A DNA stretch of 64,000 bases from Alphaproteobacteria bacterium (GTDB lineage: Bacteria; Pseudomonadota; Alphaproteobacteria; MPNO01; UBA830): assembly GCA_965243135.1 (NCBI GenBank), contig OZ251539.1:2144001-2208000 (forward strand), given 5' to 3'. Made by a program: the position numbers and the translations under genes. Below, piece after piece: positions 18,399 to 27,174 of this stretch. The notes beneath the pieces are model-generated. The model saw only the letters and a list, made by a program, of their open reading frames with translations, ran no database searches and was not told where the DNA came from. Position 1 is the stretch's first letter. Every line of letters starts with the position of its first letter.

Positions 18399-19112
18399 AT
18401 GGCGCTCGCCGTCCCGACCACTCGAAGCGCACCGCCTTCCGCCGTATTTCGGGCGAACGGCTGCCCGCCGGGCGAGCTTCGCCGAATCGCCGCGGGAGCC
18501 GAGCTGACGTACGAAGGGAACCCTTCGGAGAAACTGATCGTCGTGCGCTCGGGATGGATGTTGCGTCAGGACATTCTCGACGACGGCAGGCGGCAAATAC
18601 TAGAGATCTTGCTTCCCGAGGATCTCCTGGCCGAGGCGCCGTCGCGGCGCGCCGCCGGTTCGATCGAGGCGATCACCGAGTCCGAAATCGCGATCGTGCC
18701 GTTCGCGAGTCTCGGCGCCAAGCCCGAATCCGCTCTGATCGAAGCGATGCGGCGTTCGCTCGAAAACGCCTACGACAGCCTCACCGACGCAGGGCGGCGA
18801 TCGTCCCTGGAAGCGATCGCCCACTTCCTGCTCCGCATGGAACTGCGCGCAAGAAACGTTCTCGGCGTCCGCGCCGACGGCGCGGTGGAGTTTCCGTTGA
18901 CCCAGGAGCATATCGGCGACGCCATCGGGATGACCTCCGTCCACGTGTGCCGCATGATGCGCAGCCTCATCCGGGACGGCGTCATCGAGACGGGGCGCAA
19001 CCGTTTGAGAATCTTCGATCGCGCGCGACTCGCGCGCATCGCGTGCCTTTCGCCGGAGAGCGCCGCGAAAGACCGGGCGGCCATGCGGGCCAAGCGGACG
19101 CCGGCCCTCTGA
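18399..19112 (+). CDS. Crp/Fnr-family transcriptional regulator
   Basis: cNMP-like domain VVRSGW..DDGRRQILEILLPED; HTH FPLTQEHIGDAIGMTSVHVCRMMRSL. Start codon uncertain. Confidence 0.85.
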   Translation: MALAVPTTRSAPPSAVFRANGCPPGELRRIAAGAELTYEGNPSEKLIVVRSGWMLRQDILDDGRRQILEILLPEDLLAEAPSRRAAGSIEAITESEIAIVPFASLGAKPESALIEAMRRSLENAYDSLTDAGRRSSLEAIAHFLLRMELRARNVLGVRADGAVEFPLTQEHIGDAIGMTSVHVCRMMRSLIRDGVIETGRNRLRIFDRARLARIACLSPESAAKDRAAMRAKRTPAL

Positions 19113-19185
19113 TCGGGCGGCGGCCTCGGCCGCGCGAGAAGGGGCGGGGCCTCCGGGCGGCGTTCTCGTTTCAAGGCGGGCCGCC

Positions 19186-19193
19186 GCTATAAT
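19186..19193 (+). promoter_or_regulatory. Sigma70-type -10 element for the kinase-enolase operon
   Basis: gcTATAAT ending 26 nt upstream of ATG 19220; no clear -35. Confidence 0.4.
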
Positions 19194-19219
19194 GCCGCCG
19201 AACCTACCGGAACCGTCGA

Positions 19220-20215
19220 ATGCAGGAGCACGAGACCGTTATCGAAGGTCTGCGCGGTCTCGGCTTGATCGGAGAGAACGAGACGCCTGCGCTCGTCCCG
19301 CTCGACGGCGGCGTCTCTTCGGACATCTGGCGGGCCGAGACGCGCCGCGGAACCGTCTGCGTGAAGCGCGCGCTTCCGCGCCTGCGAACGACGAAGGAAT
19401 GGCGCGTTCCCGTCGAGCGCAACGCCAACGAAGCCGACTGGATACGCGCCGTCGGCGCCATCGCGCCCGACGCCGTGCCGCGTCTCGCGGGAGAAGACCG
19501 CGACCGCGGGCTGTTCGCGATGAACTATCTCGATCCGGCGAAATTTCCCGTCTGGAAGGCGCAACTGCGGGACGGCGAGATTTCCCCGGATATCGCCGCC
19601 ACGGTGGGCGCCGCGCTTGGAACGATCCATGCAGCCACGGCCGGAAACGAGGACCTCGCGAAGCGTTTCGCGACCGACGCCCTGTTCGAGGCGATAAGAA
19701 TCGAACCCTACCTGCTGCGAACCGCGGAGGCGCATCCCGACCTCGCGGACCGGCTGAGGCAACTCGCGAAGGCGACCGCCGAGAACCGCCGCGCGCTGGT
19801 GCACGGCGACGTCAGCCCCAAGAACATCCTGATCGGTCCGGACGGTCCGGTATTCCTCGACGCCGAGTGCGCCTGGTATGGCGACCCGGCCTTCGACGTC
19901 GCCTTCTGCCTCAATCACTTGCTGCTGAAATGCGTCTGGCGGCCGCAATGGACGGCCGACTACGTCGAGGCCTTCGCCGCGCTTGCGACGGCATATTTCG
20001 GGCATCCGAACTGGGAATCTCCCAGCCGGCTGGAAGCCCGGGCCGCCGCGCTGCTTCCCGGCCTCTTGCTGGCGCGCGTGGACGGAGCCTCGCCCGTGGA
20101 ATACATCGAAACGGACGCGGACAGGAACCGCGTGCGCCGCGTCGCGCGCCACGGCCTCCTGCATCCGCCGGAAACCCTGGCCGGGGCGTGCCGCGCCTTC
20201 CGGGAGCTGATATGA
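19220..20215 (+). CDS. APH/choline-kinase-fold phosphotransferase (MtnK-related)
   Basis: LDGGVSSDIWR, VCVKRAL, E in ERNANEA, catalytic LVHGDVSPKNIL, FLDAEC..GDPAFD. Confidence 0.85.
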   Translation: MQEHETVIEGLRGLGLIGENETPALVPLDGGVSSDIWRAETRRGTVCVKRALPRLRTTKEWRVPVERNANEADWIRAVGAIAPDAVPRLAGEDRDRGLFAMNYLDPAKFPVWKAQLRDGEISPDIAATVGAALGTIHAATAGNEDLAKRFATDALFEAIRIEPYLLRTAEAHPDLADRLRQLAKATAENRRALVHGDVSPKNILIGPDGPVFLDAECAWYGDPAFDVAFCLNHLLLKCVWRPQWTADYVEAFAALATAYFGHPNWESPSRLEARAAALLPGLLLARVDGASPVEYIETDADRNRVRRVARHGLLHPPETLAGACRAFRELI

Positions 20216-21465
20216 GCGCATCGACCATCGTCGGCGTCCGCGGCCGGCGAATATGGGATTCCCGGGGCCGCCCGACGGTGGAAGCGGAAGTCGCGCTGGC
20301 GGGCGGCGGCGCGGGGCGAGGCGTCGCGCCCGCAGGAGCGTCCCGCGGACGCCGCGAAGCGGTCGATCTGCGGGACGGCGGGACGGCGCTCGGCGGATAC
20401 GGCGTCGACAAGGCGCTGGAGCGCATCAACGGAGAACTGGCGGCGCTTCTGGCGGGCATGGACGCGCAAGATCAGGAAGCCGTGGACCGCGCGATGATCG
20501 AAGCGGACGGAACGAGCGACATGTCCCGTCTCGGCGGCAACGCCACGATCGCGGTGTCGACGGCCGCGCTGGTCGCATCCGCGGCCGGGGAACCCCTCTG
20601 GAAACGCCTGGCGGGGAACCGCCCGGTTCGGCTTCCGATGCCGGAAATCCAGATCTTCGGCGGCGGCGCGCATGCCGGCCGCCGCGTCGACATCCAGGAC
20701 TTCATGGCGATACCGGTGGGAGCCGGCAGTTTCCAGGAAGCGCTCGTCATGATTGCGGAGGTCTACGGGGCCGCCGGCCGACTGATGGAAAACGCCGGCA
20801 AGCGCTTCGGCGTCGCCGACGAAGGCGGCTGGTGGCCGGCCTTCACGTCCAACGAGGAAGCGCTCGACACGCTTGTCCGCGCGATCGAGGCCGCCGGCTT
20901 CGCGCCCGGCGCCGACGTCGCCGTGTCGCTCGACGTCGCGGCCTCCCAGTTCGGCTCGGAGAACGCCTACCGCTTCGAAGGCCGCGAGACGGACAGCGAC
21001 GGGATGATCGAACTGCTCGGAGGCTGGATCGACCGCTACCCCGTCGTTTCCGTCGAAGATCCCCTGGCCGAAGACGACGAGGCCGGGCTTCGCCGCTTCA
21101 CCGAACTCTACGGAAGCGGGATCCAGATCGTCGGCGACGACTTCCTCGTCACCGACGCCGCGCGCATCCGGGCCGCCGCGACGGCCGGCGCGTGCAACGC
21201 GGCATTGATCAAACCGAACCAGACCGGCACGATTACCGGAACGAAGGCGGCTCTCGACGCGGCGACGGGCGCGGGATGGGGGGCGATCGTTTCGGCGCGT
21301 TCCGGCGAGACCGAGGACGTCACCGTCGCCCATCTGGCGGTGGGATGGGATGTCGGCCGGCTCAAGGTCGGATCGTTCGCGCGGTCCGAACGCATGGCGA
21401 AGTGGAACGAAGTGATCAGAATCGGCGACGCCATCGGCGACCGGGCGGAATTGGCCGGCTGGTGA
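20212..21465 (+). CDS. Enolase paralogue with altered active-site residues
   Basis: DSRGRPTVEAEV, PAGASRG, GGGAHA, DIQDFM, ADEGG, LDVAAS, EDPL, VGDD, LIKPNQ, SARSGETED, RSERMAKWN; ATGA overlap with the kinase. Confidence 0.9.
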   Translation: MSASTIVGVRGRRIWDSRGRPTVEAEVALAGGGAGRGVAPAGASRGRREAVDLRDGGTALGGYGVDKALERINGELAALLAGMDAQDQEAVDRAMIEADGTSDMSRLGGNATIAVSTAALVASAAGEPLWKRLAGNRPVRLPMPEIQIFGGGAHAGRRVDIQDFMAIPVGAGSFQEALVMIAEVYGAAGRLMENAGKRFGVADEGGWWPAFTSNEEALDTLVRAIEAAGFAPGADVAVSLDVAASQFGSENAYRFEGRETDSDGMIELLGGWIDRYPVVSVEDPLAEDDEAGLRRFTELYGSGIQIVGDDFLVTDAARIRAAATAGACNAALIKPNQTGTITGTKAALDAATGAGWGAIVSARSGETEDVTVAHLAVGWDVGRLKVGSFARSERMAKWNEVIRIGDAIGDRAELAGW

Positions 21466-22406
21466 AAGCGGTCCTGCAATACCGCGCGAGCCCGGGTTTC
21501 CGGAAACGAATCCGCGAGACGGCTCCCGGCTGGCTCGACGTCGCCGTCGTCGACGAGGCGGACAAGAAGGCGTTCGCCCGCGAAATGGCCGACGCCGAGG
21601 CGCTGCTGCACGTCCTCGAAGCGGTAACGGCGGAAGTCGTCGAGGCGTCGCCGAAACTTCGCCTGATCCAGAAAATCGGGGTCGGCGTCAACACGATCGA
21701 CCTCGAAGCCGCCGTCGGGCGAAGCGTCGCCGTCTGCAACATGCCCGGCAGCAACGCGCGGGCGGTCGCCGAGATGACGATCGCCCTCATGCTGGCGGCG
21801 CTGCGCCGCGTCGCCTATTTCGATCCGCTGACGCGCCGCGGCGAGGGTTGGCGGGCGGACCTGGAAGCGTTCGACGGGATCGGCGAAGTGGCGGGCCGCG
21901 CGGTCGGTCTGGTCGGCTACGGCGGAGTCGCCCGCATCGTCGCGCCCGTCCTCGCCGCGATGGACGCGCGGGTGCTCTACACCGCGACCGCGCCCAAATC
22001 TGACGCCGCGGCCGAATGGCGCGAGCTTCCCGAACTGCTTTCGGAAGCCGACATCGTCTCCCTGCATGCGCCGCTGACGGACGAGACCCGGCGCATGATC
22101 GACCGCCGCGCCATCGCGCGCATGAAGCCGGGCGCGATCCTCGTGAATACGGCGCGCGGCGGGCTGGTCGACGAAACGGCTTTGGTCGACGCCCTGCGGT
22201 CGGGGCGCCTGCGGGCGGCCGGCCTGGACGTCGTGACGGTGGAGCCCGCGCCCGCCGGAAATCCGCTGTTCGAGCTTTCCAACGCGGTCGTGATGCCGCA
22301 TATCGCATGGCTGACTCCCGAAACGCTGGACCGCAGCCTCGGCATCGCGTTCGAGAACTGCCGCCGCCTGCGCGACGGGGAAGATCTGCTGAATCGGGTT
22401 GCATAG
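21462..22406 (+). CDS. D-isomer-specific 2-hydroxyacid dehydrogenase
   Basis: IGVGVNTIDL, PGSNARAVAE, GLVGYGGVA, VSLHAPL, VNTARGGLVDE, GLDV..EP, MPHIAW; GTGA overlap with the enolase. Confidence 0.9.
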   Translation: MKAVLQYRASPGFRKRIRETAPGWLDVAVVDEADKKAFAREMADAEALLHVLEAVTAEVVEASPKLRLIQKIGVGVNTIDLEAAVGRSVAVCNMPGSNARAVAEMTIALMLAALRRVAYFDPLTRRGEGWRADLEAFDGIGEVAGRAVGLVGYGGVARIVAPVLAAMDARVLYTATAPKSDAAAEWRELPELLSEADIVSLHAPLTDETRRMIDRRAIARMKPGAILVNTARGGLVDETALVDALRSGRLRAAGLDVVTVEPAPAGNPLFELSNAVVMPHIAWLTPETLDRSLGIAFENCRRLRDGEDLLNRVA

Positions 22407-22429
22407 CCCGCGCGAACGGGAGAATCGGG

Positions 22430-23470
22430 TTGAAAATCGCAAGCTTCGAAATCGCCACGGACGTAGGCCGGGCGCGCCGCCTCGGGATTCTGATCGACGG
22501 AAACGAAAACGGGCGCATCGCCGACATGACGAGCTGCTACGCCGCGTATCTCGCGCGCGAAACCGACGAGCCGACGCCTCGCGAGATCGCGGCCGTGCGT
22601 TGTCCGCCGGACATGGTCGGCTGGCTGAAGGGATCCCACAAATCCCGCGAAGCCGCCGAGCGGGCCGCCGCGTGGATCGCGGAAACCTCCGTTTCCCGCG
22701 GCATCGACGGCGAACGGCTGGTTTTCGCCCGCGAGGACGTGAAGCTTCTGGCTCCGTTGCCGCGGCCGAACGCGTTCAGGGATTTCTCGACCTACGAGAC
22801 GCACATGTCGAAGGCCGACGTGCCGTTCCCCAAGACCGAAAACTGGTACGTCACGCCGCCCTACTACAAGGGCAACTGCGACACCGTGACCGGGCCGGAG
22901 GATCCGGTTCCCTTCCCCTACTACACCGACAGGCTGGACCTGGAGCTCGAGCTCGGCATCGTCGTCGGAAAGCAGGGATCCAATCTGACGTTCGAGGAAG
23001 CCAGGGAGCACATCGCCGGCTACACGATGCTGATCGACCCCAGCTGCAGGGACGGCTACAAGCGGGAGCCCTTCGGCCCTAACAAGCGCAAGGACTTCTG
23101 CACGCCCATCGGCCCCTGCCTCGTGACTCGCGACGAAATCGACGAAAGCGACATCGATTGCCGGATCGAGGTCGACGGCGAGCTTTGGTGGGAAGGCAAC
23201 ACCGGAGAGCCGCGCTCGTTCGCGCCCGAGCATCTCGTGGCCTACGTCTCGGACAACGAGGCCGTGTATCCCGGGGATCTGATCGGCACGGGAACGATCG
23301 GCCTGGGATGCTCGATGGACATCCGCAAATGGCCGCAAGTCGGGCAGAAAATGACCTTCGCCATGGCGGGAATCGGGTCAATGACGCTCGAAATCGTCGA
23401 AGGCGCCAAGCGAGTGCGGCACGTCGGGGGCATGCGGGGACTTCTGGAATATCCCGGCGAGGATAGGTGA
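22430..23470 (+). CDS. Fumarylacetoacetate hydrolase family protein
   Basis: LLAPLPRP..RDFSTYETH, YYKGN, LDLELELGIVVGK, IAGYTMLID, KRKDF, GPCLVT, PGDLIGTGT; TTG start with GGGAG RBS. Confidence 0.85.
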   Translation: MKIASFEIATDVGRARRLGILIDGNENGRIADMTSCYAAYLARETDEPTPREIAAVRCPPDMVGWLKGSHKSREAAERAAAWIAETSVSRGIDGERLVFAREDVKLLAPLPRPNAFRDFSTYETHMSKADVPFPKTENWYVTPPYYKGNCDTVTGPEDPVPFPYYTDRLDLELELGIVVGKQGSNLTFEEAREHIAGYTMLIDPSCRDGYKREPFGPNKRKDFCTPIGPCLVTRDEIDESDIDCRIEVDGELWWEGNTGEPRSFAPEHLVAYVSDNEAVYPGDLIGTGTIGLGCSMDIRKWPQVGQKMTFAMAGIGSMTLEIVEGAKRVRHVGGMRGLLEYPGEDR

Positions 23471-23658
23471 ACGGCCGAACGACCGCGGAAGGCCCGGCCG
23501 TCCCGACGCACCGCCGGTTTCCGAACCTGACGCAGGGTCGTCCGCAAGGCCGCGGCTTTCAACGGAAGAGCTCGGCGTCCGGCGCGAGGAGAGAATCGAC
23601 AGGCTGCATTTTCCGGCGCGCCGACGTTCGCCCGCCGCGGCGCGCAAGCGCTGCAACG

Positions 23659-24120
23659 TCACGCGGCGGCGATCCGCCGCTTGAGCCGATGAACCGCGAC
23701 CGCGGTCAGCAAAACGGAAGCCGCGAAGAACCACATGCCGATCTCCAGACGCGCATCGGCGATGCCGGTGCTCTTGGTCACGACGATGGCCATTGCGGCG
23801 ATCAGCACGTCGGCGCAGGACCAGCGACCGAAGAACTCCAGCAAGGCGATCCACTTCGCGTCGACCCTGCCGCCGATGGCGGACCGCCGGCACAAGAAGG
23901 CCGCCGCGCAAATCTTTCCGAAAGGAAAGACCGCCGAAAACACGGTCACGGCGACGCCCAACAGATATTCGCCCTCCAGAAGCAATTGCCATGCCGCTTC
24001 GGCGATGGAAAAGCGGTTGGCGAAAATCGCAAGGTTGCTGACTTCCACCACCGGAAGGAAAACGCCGAGCCCAAGCGCCGCCGCCGCAAGCGCCAGCGTG
24101 GGCGCGATCAATCGATCCAT
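23659..24120 (-). CDS. Paraquat-inducible protein A (PqiA)-like membrane protein, single domain
   Basis: FSI..AWQL..GEYLL..FSAVFPFGK; FGRWSCADV; GMWFFAASVLL. Confidence 0.75.
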   Translation of the reverse strand: MDRLIAPTLALAAAALGLGVFLPVVEVSNLAIFANRFSIAEAAWQLLLEGEYLLGVAVTVFSAVFPFGKICAAAFLCRRSAIGGRVDAKWIALLEFFGRWSCADVLIAAMAIVVTKSTGIADARLEIGMWFFAASVLLTAVAVHRLKRRIAAA

Positions 24121-24222
24121 GGGCAGGGCTTCCGAAGCCGCGCATTGCCCCGCCCCGCGCAAGAGCGCTGCGGGCGAACGACAGGTCCCGGAACTTGCTT
24201 CGGCAGAAAGGCCTCCGAAAGC

Positions 24223-24300
24223 TGGGGTGGCTGATGGGATTCGAACCCACGACCTCCTGGACCACAACCAGGCGCTCTAACCAACTGAGCTACAGCCACC
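24223..24300 (-). tRNA. tRNA-His(GTG) with encoded G-1, C73 and CCA
   Basis: GGTGGCTGTAGCTCAGTTGGTTAGAGCGCCTGGTTGTGGTCCAGGAGGTCGTGGGTTCGAATCCCATCAGCCACCCCA. Confidence 0.97.
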
Positions 24301-24621
24301 GTCTTGCCGACCGGCGAGTTAACTAGTCTCCGCGCCTGCCCGCGTCAAGCGGATCGCGGCGCGAGACCGGCGCGGAGCGTCTCCGGCCGTTTCCCGACGC
24401 GGGCGCGTCCCGGCGCAGGGGCGCGAGCGCATTCTCGGCGGAGGCCCGGTACGTCGAACCCGGCCTCGAGTCGCCCGGGCGGATCGGCATCCGCCAAAAC
24501 GGCGGCCTCGGCGCGGCGAATTCGCAGTTTTCCGCGTCCGACGCGGGGCAAAAACGTCGCCCAGCCGTTCGCGTTTCAAGCGGTTGCGAACGGCGCGCTC
24601 GGGGCCCCTGTCCCTGCGCGC

Positions 24622-25779
24622 CTATCCGAAATGCGCCTCGAGCCGGCGAACCGCCTCGTTGATCGTTTCCGCCTTCTTGCAGAACGAAAATCGGGCGAAA
24701 TACCTGACGTCGTCGGACGTGTAGAAGGCGCTGACCGGCACGGCCGCGACCCCCGCCTCGGCCGTCAGGAACCTGCAGAACTCGGTATCGACGCCGTTGT
24801 ACCCGAGAGGCCGGAAATCCGTGGTGATGAAATACGTTCCCTGGCAGGGGAGCACGTCGAAGCCGACCTTCCGAAGTCCGTCCGCCAGATGGTCCCGGCG
24901 GGCCTGCATGTCGGCCCGAAGCCCCTCGAAATAGGCGTCGGCCTTGCGCAGCCCGTAGGCGACCGCCGCCTGGAGATTGGGAGGCGTCGTGAAGGTGACG
25001 TACTGGTGCGCCTTGGCGATCGGCATGAGCAACGGCGGCGCGGCCGTAATCATTCCGATCTTCCAGCCCGTAAGCGAAAAGATCTTGCCGGCGGACTGGA
25101 TGCGCACGGTCCTCTCGCGCATGCCGGGCAGCGAGATCATGGGAACGTGCCCGGCCTCGTCGAAAACGAGATGCTCGTAGACCTCGTCGCATACCGCGAA
25201 GGCGTCATGCTCGACGCACAATTCCGCAATGAATTCCAGCTCCTCCCGGTTGAACACCTTGGCGCACGGGTTCATGGGCGTGTTGACGAGGACCAGTTTC
25301 GTTCTTTCGGAAAAGGCGTTCCTGAGTTCCGTCCGCGGCAGTTCCCAGTCCGGCGGCTCCAGCCGGACAAGTTTCGCGACGCCGCCGCCGCGACGAACGA
25401 TCGGAAGGTAGCAGTCGTAAAGCGGTTCGATCAGGACGACTTCGTCGCCGGGATCGATCAGCCCCAGCAGCGCCGAAGCGAGCGCCTCGGTCCCGCCGGA
25501 CGTGATCATGGTTTCGGTCGCCCAGTCCGTCTCGAGGCCGTAGAACCTCGCGGCATGCTCGGCCACGGCGCGGCGCAGGTCCGGAATGCCGTACATGGAA
25601 GGATACTGATTGACGCCGTGGCGCAAGTACTCGACGCCCGCCTCGACCACGTCCTCGGGCCCGTTCCCGTCGGGAAATCCCTGCCCCAAATTGACCGCGT
25701 CATGCTCCTGCGCGAGGCGCGACATCACCTCGAAGATCGTGGTGCCGAAACTCGAAAGAACGGCGTTGCCCGCTTTCAT
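24622..25779 (-). CDS. Class I PLP-dependent aminotransferase (YbdL/kynurenine aminotransferase-like)
   Basis: TTIFEVMS..AVNLGQGFPD, NQYP, GGTEAL, EPLYDCY, NTPMNP, CDEVYEHL, SAGKIFSLTGWKIG. Confidence 0.9.
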   Translation of the reverse strand: MKAGNAVLSSFGTTIFEVMSRLAQEHDAVNLGQGFPDGNGPEDVVEAGVEYLRHGVNQYPSMYGIPDLRRAVAEHAARFYGLETDWATETMITSGGTEALASALLGLIDPGDEVVLIEPLYDCYLPIVRRGGGVAKLVRLEPPDWELPRTELRNAFSERTKLVLVNTPMNPCAKVFNREELEFIAELCVEHDAFAVCDEVYEHLVFDEAGHVPMISLPGMRERTVRIQSAGKIFSLTGWKIGMITAAPPLLMPIAKAHQYVTFTTPPNLQAAVAYGLRKADAYFEGLRADMQARRDHLADGLRKVGFDVLPCQGTYFITTDFRPLGYNGVDTEFCRFLTAEAGVAAVPVSAFYTSDDVRYFARFSFCKKAETINEAVRRLEAHFG

Positions 25780-25844
25780 GCCCGTTTCTTGCCTTTCTCC
25801 TCCGCTCCCGGCAGGGGTTACCACAGCGCCGCCGGGTCGGCCAG

Positions 25845-25873
25845 TTGACGAGACCGCCGCATACTTTCACACT
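25845..25873 (+). promoter_or_regulatory. Putative sigma70 promoter for the small Cys-rich gene
   Basis: TTGACG-N17-CACACT. Confidence 0.35.
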
Positions 25874-25900
25874 CGAGCGACGCTGCCGAAGGAAAACCGC

Positions 25901-26089
25901 ATGCCGCGCGTCCTCATCCGTTGCTCCGATTGCGATCGTCCGGTGTATACCGGCCTGACCTTCGAACACTGGTTCATGTTCGATTGGGTCGAAGTGCCGG
26001 GTGCCTCGGCCGACTGCCCGGCTTGCGGCGCGAGCAACGACTGGTCCAAGAACGACGCCTATCTGGAAGCCGACGGAGGCGGCGACTGA
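25901..26089 (+). CDS. Small (62 aa) putative Zn-ribbon protein
   Basis: AAGGA RBS; MPRVLIRCSDCDRPVYTG...CPACGASNDWSKNDAYL with two CxxC pairs. Confidence 0.7.
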   Translation: MPRVLIRCSDCDRPVYTGLTFEHWFMFDWVEVPGASADCPACGASNDWSKNDAYLEADGGGD

Positions 26090-26093
26090 ACCG

Positions 26094-26525
26094 TCACGCT
26101 TGGGAGATATAGTCCCTCAGCGCTTCCGCCTCTCGCATGATCTCGTCGAGCCGACTCTTCACCACGTCGCCGATGCTGACCATGCCCGTTAGCCTTCCGT
26201 TCTCGACCACGGGAACGTGCCGGATGCGCCGCTCCGTCATGTAGCCCAGAACGCCGCGGCCGGTGTCCTCCGGGGCGCAGGTGACGACCTTGACCGTCAT
26301 CAGGTCCGCGACCTTGCGATCCAGAAGGCCCATGCCGTCCTCCGCAAGGCCGTGCACGATGTCCCGTTCCGAAACGATCCCGTCTATGGCGGCGCCGTCC
26401 CTGGAAACCACCAGCGCGCCGATTCGAAGATCCCGCAGGCGGGCGACCGCGTCCCTGATCGTGGCGTCGGGGGCGATCGTGTGGACTATCGGCCCCTTGC
26501 TCTGAATTATCGTCGATACCCGCAT
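26094..26525 (-). CDS. CBS-pair domain protein
   Basis: TIAPDATI..RIGALVV..GIVSERDIV; MT..VVTC..RIRHVPVV..GMVSIGDVVK. Confidence 0.92.
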   Translation of the reverse strand: MRVSTIIQSKGPIVHTIAPDATIRDAVARLRDLRIGALVVSRDGAAIDGIVSERDIVHGLAEDGMGLLDRKVADLMTVKVVTCAPEDTGRGVLGYMTERRIRHVPVVENGRLTGMVSIGDVVKSRLDEIMREAEALRDYISQA

Positions 26526-26583
26526 GGCGAACTCCCGTGAATGGCCCGTTCGCGGCGGCGTTCCGGCCGGAGGGAAGGCCGCC

Positions 26584-26600
26584 TGCCCGTTTCGCGCGCA
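26584..26600. promoter_or_regulatory. Possible NtrC-type enhancer site
   Basis: TGC-N11-GCA (TGCCCGTTTCGCGCGCA) ~100 nt upstream of the sigma54 site. Confidence 0.35.
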
Positions 26601-26696
26601 TTGTGGCGAAAATTCGGTCGTTCGGGCAAGCGCCCGCGCCCGCGGGGCCGGGACTGCGGGCGCGGTTTGCCGCGCATTTACAAACGCTCCGAATCA

Positions 26697-26712
26697 TGGC
26701 ACAAATCGCGCT
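26697..26712 (+). promoter_or_regulatory. Sigma54 (-24/-12) promoter of glnB-glnA
   Basis: TGGCAC-AAATC-GCGCT, giving GG-N10-GC spacing. Confidence 0.65.
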
Positions 26713-26727
26713 TCCCAATCAGGTTGA

Positions 26728-27099
<372 letters not shown>

Positions 27100-27174
27100 C
27101 GGGGCGTCCGCGACCAGGTTCGCCCCCGTCGGCCGGGACTCCGTTAACGCAACGTCGCAGAAAGGAAGACAGAA

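Noticed and set aside
19192-21465. 757-aa ORF suggesting a kinase-enolase fusion
   Set aside because: The kinase is in a different frame (19220-20215) and the enolase starts at ATG 20212; the upstream part is off-frame junk.
24180-24330. tRNA-His (and the other tRNAs) as an integration site
   Set aside because: No integrase nearby, and I saw no duplicated tRNA 3' end in the window.
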